A DNA stretch of 64,000 nt. Source: an uncultured Mycoplasmatota bacterium (GTDB taxonomy: Bacteria > Bacillota_I > Bacilli_A > RF39 > UBA660). The DNA lies in contig CASEIJ010000047.1 in assembly GCA_949288035.1 (NCBI GenBank), positions 1,592 to 65,591 on the forward strand. Direction: 5' to 3'. Below, one piece after another: positions 27,988 through 38,359 of this stretch; the first letter of the stretch is position 1; the number at the start of each line of letters is the position of its first letter. Under the pieces are notes generated by a model, which had not been told where the DNA came from, searched no databases, and saw only the letters and a program-made list of their open reading frames with translations. The translations under genes were made by a program, and so were the position numbers.

Positions 27988-28046
27988 TAAAAACACCTAG
28001 CATACGCTAAGTGTACCAACATACAGGAACACTTAGTAAGTATCCC
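27988..28046 (-). ncRNA. candidate small transcript, copy 2
   Basis: TTACAA (28080-28075), 16 nt, TATAAT (28058-28053). Terminator CACTTAGC-GTAT-GCTAGGTG plus T-run. The 5' CTAAGTG can pair with the terminator's 5' arm. Confidence 0.4.
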
Positions 28047-28152
28047 TCTTTCATTATATGATAATTATTAAATATTGTAAATATAAAACCTGACTGTTCT
28101 TCTTTAAAATATTTACTTACAATAACCAGTTTTATTTTCATAAAATTGTGAC

Positions 28153-28368
28153 TCATTCAGTTTCATATAACCCCCACGGAATCTTGCCATAGCAATTCAT
28201 ATGAAATTCTTTTGAAAAAGATTTGGAATAAATAATGGTGTCTCCAATTCTTTCTTTAAAATCGAAAAATAATTTTTTCAAAATTTCTACATAAGAATCA
28301 ATCAATGTTTCATTGTTATGTCCATTTTTTCGAACTAAAACAAACTCTAATTTCTGCATGTCTCTCAC
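28153..28368 (-). CDS. hypothetical 71-aa protein (intact member of a locally repeated small-ORF family)
   Basis: ORF preceded by RBS AGGTGAG and by a leader repeated at 27771-27802, 27961-27990 and 4306-4347. Confidence 0.45.
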   Translation of the reverse strand: MRDMQKLEFVLVRKNGHNNETLIDSYVEILKKLFFDFKERIGDTIIYSKSFSKEFHMNCYGKIPWGLYETE

Positions 28369-28417
28369 CTAGTCTTTTACTGTTTACAGTTTAACACACT
28401 ACAAAAAAAGAAGCAAA

Positions 28418-29971
28418 TTATTTTGCCTCTTCTGTTGCTCTTACTTCACGTATCACCGTTACTTTAATTGTACCAGGATATTGCATTTCTTCTTCGATTT
28501 TATTTTTAATATCACGCGCTACTTTATAACTTTCTAGATCACTAATTTCTTCTGGTTTTACAAGGACACGTAATTCTCTACCTGCTTGTACAGCATATGT
28601 TTTTTCAACACCTGGAATATCATTTGCGATATTTTCTAAATCTGATAAACGTTTCATATAGTTTTCTAATGAATCATTTCTAGCTCCTGGACGAGATGCA
28701 GATAATGTATCAGCGATAGCAACTAATCCAGCAATGACGCTTGTTGCTTCTGTGTCGCCATGATGAGATTCAATGGCATTGATAACAACATCTGATTCAT
28801 GATATTTACGGGCAATATCAGCACCAATTTGAACATGGCTACCTTCTACTTCATGATCAATCGATTTCCCGATATCATGTAATAAACCTGCTCTTTTCGC
28901 AAGTAATACATTTTCTCCAATTTCACTTGCCATCAGTCCTGCTAGATTGGCAACTTCTATAGAATGTTGTAAAGCGTTTTGACCAAAACTTGTACGGAAA
29001 TGTAATTTTCCAATCAATTCAACAAGTTCAGGTTCTACTTTTGTAATTCCTAATTCAAATAAAGCATTGTTTCCATACTCTAATATTTTCGCATGCATGT
29101 CTTCACTGACTTTATCATATAATTCTTCAATACGAGCTGGATGAATTCTTCCATCTTTTATTAAAGTTTCAATTGTAATTCTAGCAATTTCACGACGTAA
29201 TGGATCAAAACTAGATAATACAATTGCTTCTGGTGTATCATCGATAATAAGATCTACACCTGTGACAGCTTCAATCGTACGAATATTACGACCTTCACGA
29301 CCAATGATACGACCTTTCATATCATCATTAGGTAATGTTACAACTGTCACTGTTTGTTCATTTGCTACATCAGAAGCATATCTTTGCATGGCTGATAAAA
29401 TAATTGCTTTTGACTTTTTATCCGCTTCTAATTTTGCTTCTGTTTCTTTGTCTTTAATGATGGCTGCAATTTCTAAGCTCATCATATCTTCTACTTTTTT
29501 TAATACCATATCTCTTGCTTGATTTTTAGAAAAACCTGCAATTTGGTTTAATAATTCAATTTGTTCTTTTTTTACATCTTCCACTTTACTCATTTCATCT
29601 TGGATTTGTTTTTGTTTATTAAGAAGATTCTCCTCTTTTTCTTCTAACATTTTCTCACGGTTTTGAAGGGTTTGATCTCTTCTGTCCATAGAGTTTTCAC
29701 GAAGAAGTAAACGTTCTTCTGATTCTTTTACTTCAGCTTTTTTCTCTTTTACTTCTTTTTCAGTATCTATCTTTAATTTATGAGCTTCTTCTTTGGCATC
29801 CAAGATGTAATCGCGTTTTATTTTTTCAGCATCTTTTTTGGCTTGTTCTAATAGTGTTTCTATTTTCTTACTAGCACGAGTTGCTCTTAAGTTATTCAAC
29901 ACGATTACGATAAAAACTCCTATAAATAATCCAAGTAAAACAAGTAATATGGAAGCAATCATTTGACTCAT
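28418..29971 (-). CDS. rny: ribonuclease Y
   Basis: N-terminal TM, coiled coil, KH ([12 protein letters not shown]) and HD (LLHDIGK) domains. Confidence 0.95.
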   Translation of the reverse strand: MSQMIASILLVLLGLFIGVFIVIVLNNLRATRASKKIETLLEQAKKDAEKIKRDYILDAKEEAHKLKIDTEKEVKEKKAEVKESEERLLLRENSMDRRDQTLQNREKMLEEKEENLLNKQKQIQDEMSKVEDVKKEQIELLNQIAGFSKNQARDMVLKKVEDMMSLEIAAIIKDKETEAKLEADKKSKAIILSAMQRYASDVANEQTVTVVTLPNDDMKGRIIGREGRNIRTIEAVTGVDLIIDDTPEAIVLSSFDPLRREIARITIETLIKDGRIHPARIEELYDKVSEDMHAKILEYGNNALFELGITKVEPELVELIGKLHFRTSFGQNALQHSIEVANLAGLMASEIGENVLLAKRAGLLHDIGKSIDHEVEGSHVQIGADIARKYHESDVVINAIESHHGDTEATSVIAGLVAIADTLSASRPGARNDSLENYMKRLSDLENIANDIPGVEKTYAVQAGRELRVLVKPEEISDLESYKVARDIKNKIEEEMQYPGTIKVTVIREVRATEEAK

Positions 29972-30152
29972 ATAATTCCTCCATTTATCTATTTTATCTT
30001 AGGGTAAATATTCATTCACTCTAATTTTATTGTAATGTATTTTCTTAGTTTAGTCAATAGGCAGAAATGGGATGAAATAATCGGCTAATTCATAAAATTT
30101 ATATAAAAATGGGAAAGAAATGGGAAAAATTAAAGTTTTTTAAAAAAATCTA

Positions 30153-30181
30153 TTGCCAAAGGAAAAAAAATAAGGTATACT
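30153..30181 (+). promoter_or_regulatory. sigma-70-type promoter for the tRNA cluster
   Basis: TTGCCA, 17 nt, TATACT, ending about 24 nt before the first tRNA. Confidence 0.55.
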
Positions 30182-30204
30182 GAAATAGTCATTGACGGAT
30201 AAAT

Positions 30205-30281
<77 letters not shown>

Positions 30282-30286
30282 TTTAT

Positions 30287-30363
30287 GCCTCAATAGCTCA
30301 GTTGGTTAGAGCACCTGACTGTTAATCAGGGGGTCGTAGGTTCGAGTCCTACTTGAGGCGCCA
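30287..30363 (+). tRNA. tRNA-Asn (GUU)
   Basis: GCCTCAATAGCTCAGTTGG...GGTTCGAGTCC...GGCGCCA. Anticodon loop CT-GTT-AA. Confidence 0.92.
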
Positions 30364-30364
30364 T

Positions 30365-30441
30365 GGCCTGTTGGTGAAGCGGCTTAACACACTGCCCTTT
30401 CACGGCAGCATTCACGAGTTCGAATCTCGTACAGGTCACCA
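30365..30441 (+). tRNA. tRNA-Glu (UUC)
   Basis: GGCCTGTTGGTGAAGCGG...AGTTCGAATCT...GGTCACCA. Anticodon loop CT-TTC-AC. Confidence 0.9.
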
Positions 30442-30450
30442 TAAAAAAAT

Positions 30451-30476
30451 TACAAGTATTCGTACTTGTTTTTTTG
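30451..30476. terminator. bidirectional intrinsic terminator (tRNA cluster / P-type ATPase gene)
   Basis: ACAAGTA-TTCG-TACTTGT flanked by an A-run (30443-30449) and a T-run (30470-30476). Confidence 0.8.
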
Positions 30477-30491
30477 TATTACAAAAGGATT

Positions 30492-32846
30492 TCATGAGAA
30501 TATGAAATCCTTTATTTTTTGAAATCGTTTGGTCTGATATATTTTTAAAAACAATTTTAGATTGATACGATATAATTCATAAGCAAGTAATAAAAAGATA
30601 GCTAAAAAGATGAATCGATCAAATGGTAAAAATGATAAAGAGAACAATTCTCTTAATCCGATAGCTCCTATTAAGAAAATAATTAGCATACTACCAAACA
30701 AGGTTCCACGTAACAAATTAAATGGATAGCATAAGCGGAATAATAAAATAAATGAAATAAATCCCATCGTTAAGACACAAACTGTTGATAGTTGACCTTT
30801 CGTAAAATGGAATATACTACCACATAATAATACCATTAAAATACTTTCAACAATTGTAACTGCTGTTGGAATAGACTTACTAATGATATTGAAGAAGAAA
30901 TATTTTTTCACTCGTTTTTCATTTGGTTCTAACGCTAATATAAAAGATGGAATACCAATCGTTGTAACACTAATTAATGTTAATTGAATTGGAACAAATG
31001 GATATGGTAGTGAAATAAATAAGAAACAGATTGCTAATAAGGTTGCATAGATTGTCTTTACTAAGAATAACGTCGCTGAACGTTCAATGTTATTGATGAT
31101 TTGTCTTCCCTCTTTTAAAATCTTAGGGAGACGATCAAAATTAGAATCTAATAATACCATTTCTGATACATTTCTAGCTGCATCACTACCACTTGCGACA
31201 GCGATACTACAATCCGCTTCTTTTAAAGCTAATACATCGTTGACTCCATCTCCAGTCATGGCAACAACATGTCCATTTTCTTTTAACGCTTTTACCATAT
31301 CTTTCTTTTGTTCTGGTGTGACACGACCGAAAATTTGATATGCTTCGACTGCTTTTTTAATACTTTCATAATCCTTTAAAGTTGATGCATCAATTGCTTT
31401 TAAATCAGTAATTCCTACTTTAGAAGCAACACTGGTAACTGTTTTTACATGATCTCCAGATATAATCTTTATATCAACACCTTCTTGTCTAAAAAAGGTA
31501 AGTGTTTGTTTTGCTTCTTTTCGAATATGATCTTGTATTTGAATAAAACCAATGACTTCTATTTGTTGTGGTAACTTTCTATCTTCTAATGATTGACGGG
31601 AGGTTGCTAGAACAACGACTCTACTATCTTGTGATAAAGTATTTACAATCTCTTTCATATCATTTGGAATATCTTTGATTAAAAATTCTAATGCTCCTAG
31701 TAAAATAGATTGATCTTGAAAAGTAACTCCAGACCACTTTTGTTTAGAAGTAAATGGTACTTGATATAAAACTTCTTTTTCTATATGTTTTGAATACGTT
31801 TTTTTAATTGCTGCCATGGTTGCATTACTATCTTCAAAATTAGTAGCTAATAAAGTAAGTAATGTTTCCATCTCTTTTTGCTTATGAGATTGATAAGGAA
31901 CTAAATTAGTAATAATCATATCTCCTTCTGTTAATGTTCCCGTTTTATCAAGACAAATTGTATCTACTCGTGCTAATGTTTCTAATCCATATAATTGTTC
32001 TACTAATATTTTATAACGAGTTAATTTTGCTACCCCTACTGCTAGTACAGTACTAGTCAAAAGAACTAACCCTTCTGGTATCATACCAATGACAGCAGCT
32101 ACTGTATTTAAAATAGCTTGATTTAATGAATGATGTAAACTATATTGTTTTAAAAATAGCAAGATACCAAGAGGTAAAATAATCATTGATACTACTTTAA
32201 TCACTTTATTTAATGTTTGCATAATTTCTGAACGTACTTTTTTCACATACTTTGTACCACTTGCGATTTTAGAAGTATAATTATCTATTCCTATATGTTC
32301 TACTTGTGCATAACATGTTCCTGAACTAATAAAACTACCTGATAAAATCATATCGTTTTCTTCTTTATATACAGGTTCTACTTCCCCTGTAATAATGGAT
32401 TCATTCACTTCTACTTCGCCTTTTTTAATCGTTGAATCCACTACAACTTGATCTCCACGATCTAAACGGATTATATCATCTAATACTAAATCATAAATAC
32501 TTACTTTTTGGATTTTACCATCCCGAACCACAAGTGCTTTTGAAGTTGCTAAAAGAGATAATTTATCAATCTGTTTTTTCGCATGGATCTCTTGAATGGT
32601 ACTAATGAGTGTATTACAAATGACAACTCCCATAAATAATAAATTTTTAAAAGAACCACTTAATATAACAGCGAGTGCTAAACATGTATTTAAAATATTA
32701 AATGGTGTAATAATATTACGAAGAATAATTTCAGGGATTGTCTTTGTACGTGGCGTTTTATCTGTATATACAAAATTTTCTTGTTTCCTTAACTGAACTT
32801 GTTCTTCGGTTAAACCTTTATGAATATCTGGGTGAAAACGTTCCAT
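30492..32846 (-). CDS. cation-translocating P-type ATPase
   Basis: DKTGTLT, ISGDH and GDGVNDVLALKEAD motifs, with 8-10 TM segments. Confidence 0.9.
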   Translation of the reverse strand: MERFHPDIHKGLTEEQVQLRKQENFVYTDKTPRTKTIPEIILRNIITPFNILNTCLALAVILSGSFKNLLFMGVVICNTLISTIQEIHAKKQIDKLSLLATSKALVVRDGKIQKVSIYDLVLDDIIRLDRGDQVVVDSTIKKGEVEVNESIITGEVEPVYKEENDMILSGSFISSGTCYAQVEHIGIDNYTSKIASGTKYVKKVRSEIMQTLNKVIKVVSMIILPLGILLFLKQYSLHHSLNQAILNTVAAVIGMIPEGLVLLTSTVLAVGVAKLTRYKILVEQLYGLETLARVDTICLDKTGTLTEGDMIITNLVPYQSHKQKEMETLLTLLATNFEDSNATMAAIKKTYSKHIEKEVLYQVPFTSKQKWSGVTFQDQSILLGALEFLIKDIPNDMKEIVNTLSQDSRVVVLATSRQSLEDRKLPQQIEVIGFIQIQDHIRKEAKQTLTFFRQEGVDIKIISGDHVKTVTSVASKVGITDLKAIDASTLKDYESIKKAVEAYQIFGRVTPEQKKDMVKALKENGHVVAMTGDGVNDVLALKEADCSIAVASGSDAARNVSEMVLLDSNFDRLPKILKEGRQIINNIERSATLFLVKTIYATLLAICFLFISLPYPFVPIQLTLISVTTIGIPSFILALEPNEKRVKKYFFFNIISKSIPTAVTIVESILMVLLCGSIFHFTKGQLSTVCVLTMGFISFILLFRLCYPFNLLRGTLFGSMLIIFLIGAIGLRELFSLSFLPFDRFIFLAIFLLLAYELYRINLKLFLKIYQTKRFQKIKDFIFS

Positions 32847-32946
32847 ACAATCCCTCCTTTATCAAACATTATACTATATTTTTTAAAAGCTGTAATGACT
32901 AAATCGTCACTTCTCTGATATAAAAGAAGTTTGTATCATCAAACTT

Positions 32947-33696
32947 CTATAAAGTAAAAATTTTATATTTTATTTCTGATTGTGTTGGTACTTGCACTGG
33001 TAAAATAATATGTAATTGTTTTTCTAAATCCAAATAGTATTGTAAAGTATGATTTGCAACTAACTCTTGATAAGTAGACATAGCATTTTGTACAAATTGA
33101 TTTTTTTCTTCGAATGAAAGTTTAGAATCATGATCAATCCATCGATATAATGCATCTTCTACTTTTAAATCAATATTAAAATCATAAATCGATGCGATCT
33201 TATAAACCTCTTCATAAGGAACAGTATTCCCGCTACTTAAATAGAAATGATATGTCATATAAGAATATGTAACTTCCTCTTGGTTTCGATATTGTATATA
33301 AATGAAGAGGGATAAAACATCTTTTTGAATCGTATATTGATACTGGCTGATAATATTTTGACCTGTTTGAGTTAATTTTTTCTTTTCTTGATATATCTTC
33401 TGGTACATTTCTTGAATTTCTTGATTTGCTAACGTGGCATCTCTACTATTTAAATTAATCATTGGCAAATGAAGTTGTTTATCTTTGGTATAAGGTACTT
33501 GAAATACAAATGCTTTATCTGAAAAAATTTTGTTTTGTTCAATCTCTTTTTTAGCAGTAGATTCTACAATTTGTGGTGTATTATTACGACTTGGACGAAT
33601 CAATTCAATATAAATAAGATAACTAACCCATATCACAATTGCACTTAAAATTAAAAATAGAAAGATATAAATGATATGTTTCGTTCTATACTTCAT
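32947..33696 (-). CDS. hypothetical membrane-anchored protein
   Basis: ORF with a single N-terminal TM. Start at MKYRTKH. Confidence 0.5.
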   Translation of the reverse strand: MKYRTKHIIYIFLFLILSAIVIWVSYLIYIELIRPSRNNTPQIVESTAKKEIEQNKIFSDKAFVFQVPYTKDKQLHLPMINLNSRDATLANQEIQEMYQKIYQEKKKLTQTGQNIISQYQYTIQKDVLSLFIYIQYRNQEEVTYSYMTYHFYLSSGNTVPYEEVYKIASIYDFNIDLKVEDALYRWIDHDSKLSFEEKNQFVQNAMSTYQELVANHTLQYYLDLEKQLHIILPVQVPTQSEIKYKIFTL

Positions 33697-33797
33697 AGAT
33701 ACCACATCCTTGTCTTTAGTATAACACAAGTCTGATTTATTCGTTGCTATAAGTTATGAAAATCATAAGTTACTTTACAAAAAAAGATTTGAATACA

Positions 33798-34580
33798 TCA
33801 AACCTTTTTATTACGAATTATTTGATATTCACTATTTGATATCTTTTTTAAAAGCAATTGATATTTTGCTTGAACATCACTTTCTTCATATTCAAAATAA
33901 TCATCTTTTTTTAAATCATCTATTTTGTCTTTTTTCTCATCATCTTCTAATACACCACTAATATCATCATAGGTGATTTCTATTTCTCCTGTTTCTTGAT
34001 GATCGATAATTTTCGTTACTTTATATAGTACATCTTTTATATTCTTATCATACTGACAAGTAATTTTATCCTCTTTTAAAATTGTTTCATCTAATTGTTC
34101 TTTTTTTATTTCTACTCCAAATAATGTTTTCGCAAATGGATTCAGTTTAGAAAATTGAATTGTTTTCTTCTCATCGCTATTATCTTCTTTTTCAAACATA
34201 CTATGATCCTCTTGTTCTTTTAAATAATAACAAGTAGCATTTGTCATTTCTAAATCAGTAAAGTTAGAATCATCATAGGTTGTTCTTGTATGATTTAAAT
34301 ACATAAAAACTGGTTTTAATTTCTGATTTAATAATTGATTATATTCTTTTTTCGTTTCATCAGATGTAATATCAACTGATTCTTTTTTTGTTTCTTCTTT
34401 TTGTTTCTTTTCTAAATTTTTAATTTCATCTTCTTTTTCATTGATCTCTCGTTTTAAGCGATTACTTTCATTAGTATAATTCATAGATAAAACATAATAC
34501 GTTCCTAAACTACCTAATAAAATTCCAATTAATAAACATAAAACAAAACCAAAGGATCTTGACTCTCTTCTTCTTTCCAT
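33798..34580 (-). CDS. hypothetical membrane-anchored protein with coiled-coil segment
   Basis: ORF with an N-terminal TM and a Lys/Glu-rich helix. Confidence 0.5.
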   Translation of the reverse strand: MERRRESRSFGFVLCLLIGILLGSLGTYYVLSMNYTNESNRLKREINEKEDEIKNLEKKQKEETKKESVDITSDETKKEYNQLLNQKLKPVFMYLNHTRTTYDDSNFTDLEMTNATCYYLKEQEDHSMFEKEDNSDEKKTIQFSKLNPFAKTLFGVEIKKEQLDETILKEDKITCQYDKNIKDVLYKVTKIIDHQETGEIEITYDDISGVLEDDEKKDKIDDLKKDDYFEYEESDVQAKYQLLLKKISNSEYQIIRNKKV

Positions 34581-34632
34581 AGTGACCTCCTATCTCTATT
34601 ATTTCCATATTTTGTATGTATATACAAAAAAA

Positions 34633-35268
34633 TTACGATTCTATTCGTAATTTTTTACAAGTCGTACAATCATAAAAAAGACACATAATCATACGAATGG
34701 TTTCCTGTATCATTTGTTCATAATTAAAGTTTTGATGTTGATGATAGCTTAATTCCTGACATAACATATCAATCATATGCATCAAAAAGTGAACTCTTTC
34801 TTTTTTATTTTGAATTTCAAAACCATGCTGGTTTAAAATTGCTTCTATTTTTTCTGTTGTTTCCATTTCTTTTTGTTTAAAGATTTGAAATACTTCTTCA
34901 TCACTGTTTTGTAAAGATTTTAATTGACGATATGCCTTTTCAGAAATTGTATGGGCCTCTTTTGTTTTTTGTATCATTTCTCTAAGAGTTATCTCAAAGT
35001 TATTTTTTAAATCTGCTTCATTTTTTAACACTTCCAACATTGGAAACATAATATCATCTGAATAACGTTTGACACCTTCGATTAAAATATCATGTTTATC
35101 ACGAAAATACTGGTAAATAATGCCTGTAGAAACGTGTGAAGCATTGGCGATATCGATGGTACTTACATGATGATATCCTTTTTCACACATTAATTGAAAA
35201 CCATGTTTAATAATTTTTTCTTTCGTTGCGATTGATTTCTGATGAATTGGTTGTCTTACTTTTCCCAT
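34633..35268 (-). CDS. TetR/AcrR family transcriptional regulator
   Basis: N-terminal HTH (GYHHVSTIDIANASHVSTGIIYQYFRDKHDIL). Confidence 0.85.
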   Translation of the reverse strand: MGKVRQPIHQKSIATKEKIIKHGFQLMCEKGYHHVSTIDIANASHVSTGIIYQYFRDKHDILIEGVKRYSDDIMFPMLEVLKNEADLKNNFEITLREMIQKTKEAHTISEKAYRQLKSLQNSDEEVFQIFKQKEMETTEKIEAILNQHGFEIQNKKERVHFLMHMIDMLCQELSYHQHQNFNYEQMIQETIRMIMCLFYDCTTCKKLRIES

Positions 35269-35271
35269 AAT

Positions 35272-36189
35272 TTATTTTAAAAATCCTTGGATAATGGCTT
35301 CCTCGGCTTCTGTTTTGGTTAAACCTAATGACATTAGTTTCATAAGTTGTTCTCCAGCTATTTTACCAATCGCTGCTTCATGTATTAAATTCGCTTCCAC
35401 ATCTTTCGCGTAAATTTCCGGAATGGCTTTTACTCTACCATGATCTTTTAAAATTGCATCACATTCTACATGCGCATAACATTTTGTTTTTCCAATGATA
35501 TTAGAAGAAAATTCTTGGTAAGAATCTTCTGTTGCAACAGATCGAGATGTTACATGTGTACTCGCATTTTTTCCCTTTAATTTTACTTTAAAATCTGTAA
35601 TTGCCTTTTGTTTACCATGCGTCATTACTTTTTCTGTAATAACTAATGTACTATTCTCTTCCAATTTCGCATATGTTTTTCTTTTTGCTGAGTCTACTCC
35701 TTTTATTTGTACAGTATCAATCGTCATATGAGATGAAGGTTTCATATAAATTTCCGTGACTGGATTTAAAATTCTCTTTCCAGTTCCTTCCCCTTCTCCA
35801 TAGTGTTTTTCTACATATTTTACTTTTGCATTTTCTTCTATATAAAAACGATGAATTCCATCATGGGTAGAATTTTTATTATGGTCATTGTGAACACCAC
35901 AACCTGATATAATTACTATATTTGAATTTTTACCAATGTGAAAATCATTGTATACAACATCTGTTAAGCCACTTTCTGTAATAATAACGGGAATATGGAC
36001 AATCCCAAATAAAGTATTCTCTTTGACATATACATCAATTCCTTTACCATCTTCTTTACTTATAATATCGATATAAGGATTACTTTTTCTACCAATACAT
36101 TGTCCATTCTTACGAATATTGTATACTTCCGTTTTTTCTACATCATCATCGACAATTTCGTGTAATAATTTTTTATCTACTTCATTCAT
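35272..36189 (-). CDS. SufB/SufD-family protein
   Basis: C-terminal HEAAIGKIAGEQLMKLMSLGLTKTEAEEAIIQGF signature. Start at MNEVDKK (RBS GGAGGA). Confidence 0.8.
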   Translation of the reverse strand: MNEVDKKLLHEIVDDDVEKTEVYNIRKNGQCIGRKSNPYIDIISKEDGKGIDVYVKENTLFGIVHIPVIITESGLTDVVYNDFHIGKNSNIVIISGCGVHNDHNKNSTHDGIHRFYIEENAKVKYVEKHYGEGEGTGKRILNPVTEIYMKPSSHMTIDTVQIKGVDSAKRKTYAKLEENSTLVITEKVMTHGKQKAITDFKVKLKGKNASTHVTSRSVATEDSYQEFSSNIIGKTKCYAHVECDAILKDHGRVKAIPEIYAKDVEANLIHEAAIGKIAGEQLMKLMSLGLTKTEAEEAIIQGFLK

Positions 36190-36193
36190 ATTT

Positions 36194-36892
36194 TCATTCC
36201 TCCACATTGTTTGAATCCTTAAAAATAATATTTATCATTTCTTTTTGATTCCCAATTTGTTTTATTTTTCCTTTTTCTAATAAAATAATTTGATCAGCAA
36301 TATTTAAAATACGTTCTTGATGAGATATCACAAGTGTAATTCCATTCGAAGTAGATTCTATTTCACGAAATACTTCTGTTAAACTTTGAAAACTCCATAA
36401 ATCAATCCCCGCTTCTGGTTCATCAAAAATAGTTACATATGGATTACGCGCTAATACAGTTGCAATTTCTATTCTTTTTAACTCTCCTCCGGACAAAGAA
36501 CGATTTACTTCACGTTTTAAATAATCTTTCGTACGAATACCTACTTTTTTTAAAAGATTTAACGCCTCTTCTTCGTGAATATCCTTTCCAACTGCTATCT
36601 TTAACAGATCAAATACTGTAATTCCCTTAAAAAGAACTGGTTGTTGAAAGGCAAAACCAAATCCTAATTGAGCACGCTCATCAACAGATAAGTGTGTAAT
36701 ATCTTTCCCATCAAATATAATTTGACCAGAATCTGGCTTTTCAATTCCCATCATGATTTTTACAAGAGTTGATTTTCCACTTCCATTTGGACCGGTAATA
36801 ACATAAAATTTATTCTTTTCTAAAACAAGATTTATATGATCTAAAATTTTCTTGTTGTCTCTTTCAAAACAAATATCTTTTAGTTCTAACAT
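36194..36892 (-). CDS. SufC-like ABC ATPase
   Basis: Walker A GPNGSGKST, signature LSGGELKR, Walker B IFDEPEAG. Confidence 0.85.
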   Translation of the reverse strand: MLELKDICFERDNKKILDHINLVLEKNKFYVITGPNGSGKSTLVKIMMGIEKPDSGQIIFDGKDITHLSVDERAQLGFGFAFQQPVLFKGITVFDLLKIAVGKDIHEEEALNLLKKVGIRTKDYLKREVNRSLSGGELKRIEIATVLARNPYVTIFDEPEAGIDLWSFQSLTEVFREIESTSNGITLVISHQERILNIADQIILLEKGKIKQIGNQKEMINIIFKDSNNVEE

Positions 36893-36910
36893 AAATATAT
36901 CCTTTCTAAT

Positions 36911-36967
36911 AATGTGAAATAAATTTCACATTTATTTTATTATAGCGATTATTCTTTTCTTCTGCAA
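36911..36967 (-). promoter_or_regulatory. promoter TTGCAG-17-TATAAT followed by a 10+10 bp perfect palindrome (candidate TetR operator)
   Basis: Minus-strand -35 at 36967-36962 and -10 at 36944-36939. Palindrome AATGTGAAAT-AA-ATTTCACATT at 36911-36932, just upstream of the sufC-like RBS. Confidence 0.55.
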
Positions 36968-37017
36968 CTATATTTTTATGATTTATATGAAAAAAAATTC
37001 TAATCATCGATTAGAAT

Positions 37018-38043
37018 TTAAAGTTTTGGATCAACAAGTATTTTCACTGCTGCATCTTTTCCACTACTCAATCTTTCATAAGCATTTTGTACTTGATCAA
37101 ATGAAACAATATCATCTACAAATTTCATAACTTCTATTTGTTTATTTGCAATTATCTCAATACAAGTTTCAAATTCATCTTTTGTATAAGCAATGGCTCC
37201 TTGTACGGTTAATTCATTCATAACTGCTAAGACCGTTGGAACTGGAATTGCAGTTGTAGCAACTCCTACTAAAACAACACAGCCACCTGGTCTTACCATC
37301 ATAAAAGCACTGGTAACGGCATTGGAATTTCCACAGCATTCAATCACTGTATCAAATCCTTCTTTGGTATCTTTCAACACTTCTTGCATGAAATTTTGGT
37401 TGGTAGCATCATAGTATTTATCCGCAACCCCTAGCGTGATTGCTTTATTACCACGATGAGGATTCGCTTCACTCACTGCCACAAAACTTGCCCCTTCTTT
37501 TTTCGCTAACATAGCACATAACAATCCAATGATTCCACCACCAACAACAAGTACTTTTTCACCTAATTTAATATTAGCTAGATGAACAGCATGTAAGGCA
37601 ACTGCTGTTGGTTCTACCATTGCCATTTCTTCTGGCGTTGTCTCCTTTGGTACTTTTATTACCATATCTGGACGAACAGATATTTTTTTCGTAAGAGCAC
37701 CTGGTCTTGTCAGCGAAAGACCTACAGCATCACTCCAAGTTTGTTTACAATATTGTGGATTTCCACCTTCACAAGCTTCACAATGACCACATGGTGTAAT
37801 TGGAAGAGCTGTCACCATATCTCCAACTTTTAAATCATCACGACTTCCTGGATCTACAACAGTTCCACAAAATTCATGTCCCATCACTAATCCTTTCGGA
37901 TTTCCCGTTTCAAAATTATGCAAATCAGAACCACATATTCCTGATTTTAAAATTTCAATGATTACTTCCCCATTTTTAGAGATTGGTTCTTCTATTTCAT
38001 TTATTTCTAACTTTCTCTTATCTACTAACGTAACTGCACGCAT
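37018..38043 (-). CDS. Zn-dependent alcohol/polyol dehydrogenase (MDR family)
   Basis: GHEFCGTV Zn ligand region, structural-Zn CGHCEAC, Rossmann VVGGGIIG. Confidence 0.85.
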   Translation of the reverse strand: MRAVTLVDKRKLEINEIEEPISKNGEVIIEILKSGICGSDLHNFETGNPKGLVMGHEFCGTVVDPGSRDDLKVGDMVTALPITPCGHCEACEGGNPQYCKQTWSDAVGLSLTRPGALTKKISVRPDMVIKVPKETTPEEMAMVEPTAVALHAVHLANIKLGEKVLVVGGGIIGLLCAMLAKKEGASFVAVSEANPHRGNKAITLGVADKYYDATNQNFMQEVLKDTKEGFDTVIECCGNSNAVTSAFMMVRPGGCVVLVGVATTAIPVPTVLAVMNELTVQGAIAYTKDEFETCIEIIANKQIEVMKFVDDIVSFDQVQNAYERLSSGKDAAVKILVDPKL

Positions 38044-38204
38044 TTTTTATCACCTCATATCTTCATTTTAACACATTTTTTTCCTATTGAACGTTTCAAT
38101 CACTCTACTTTACATATCATTGATAACGATAGATTTTGAAATTAATGAATTTTCTCTTCCCTTTTTATTTTATTTATGATATACTAATGAAGTAATTTAC
38201 AGAT

Positions 38205-38280
38205 GGGCTGTTAGCTCAGTTGGTAGAGCAACTGACTCTTAATCAGTGGGTCTAGGGTTCGAATCCCTAACAGCCCACCA
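38205..38280 (+). tRNA. tRNA-Lys (CUU)
   Basis: GGGCTGTTAGCTCAGTTGG...GGTTCGAATCC...CCCACCA. Anticodon loop CT-CTT-AA. Confidence 0.92.
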
Positions 38281-38359
38281 CTTGAAATACAAAAGAATTG
38301 TACAACACAATTCTTTTTTTCACATATAAAACATGTTATAATACGTTTGAGGTGAAAAT

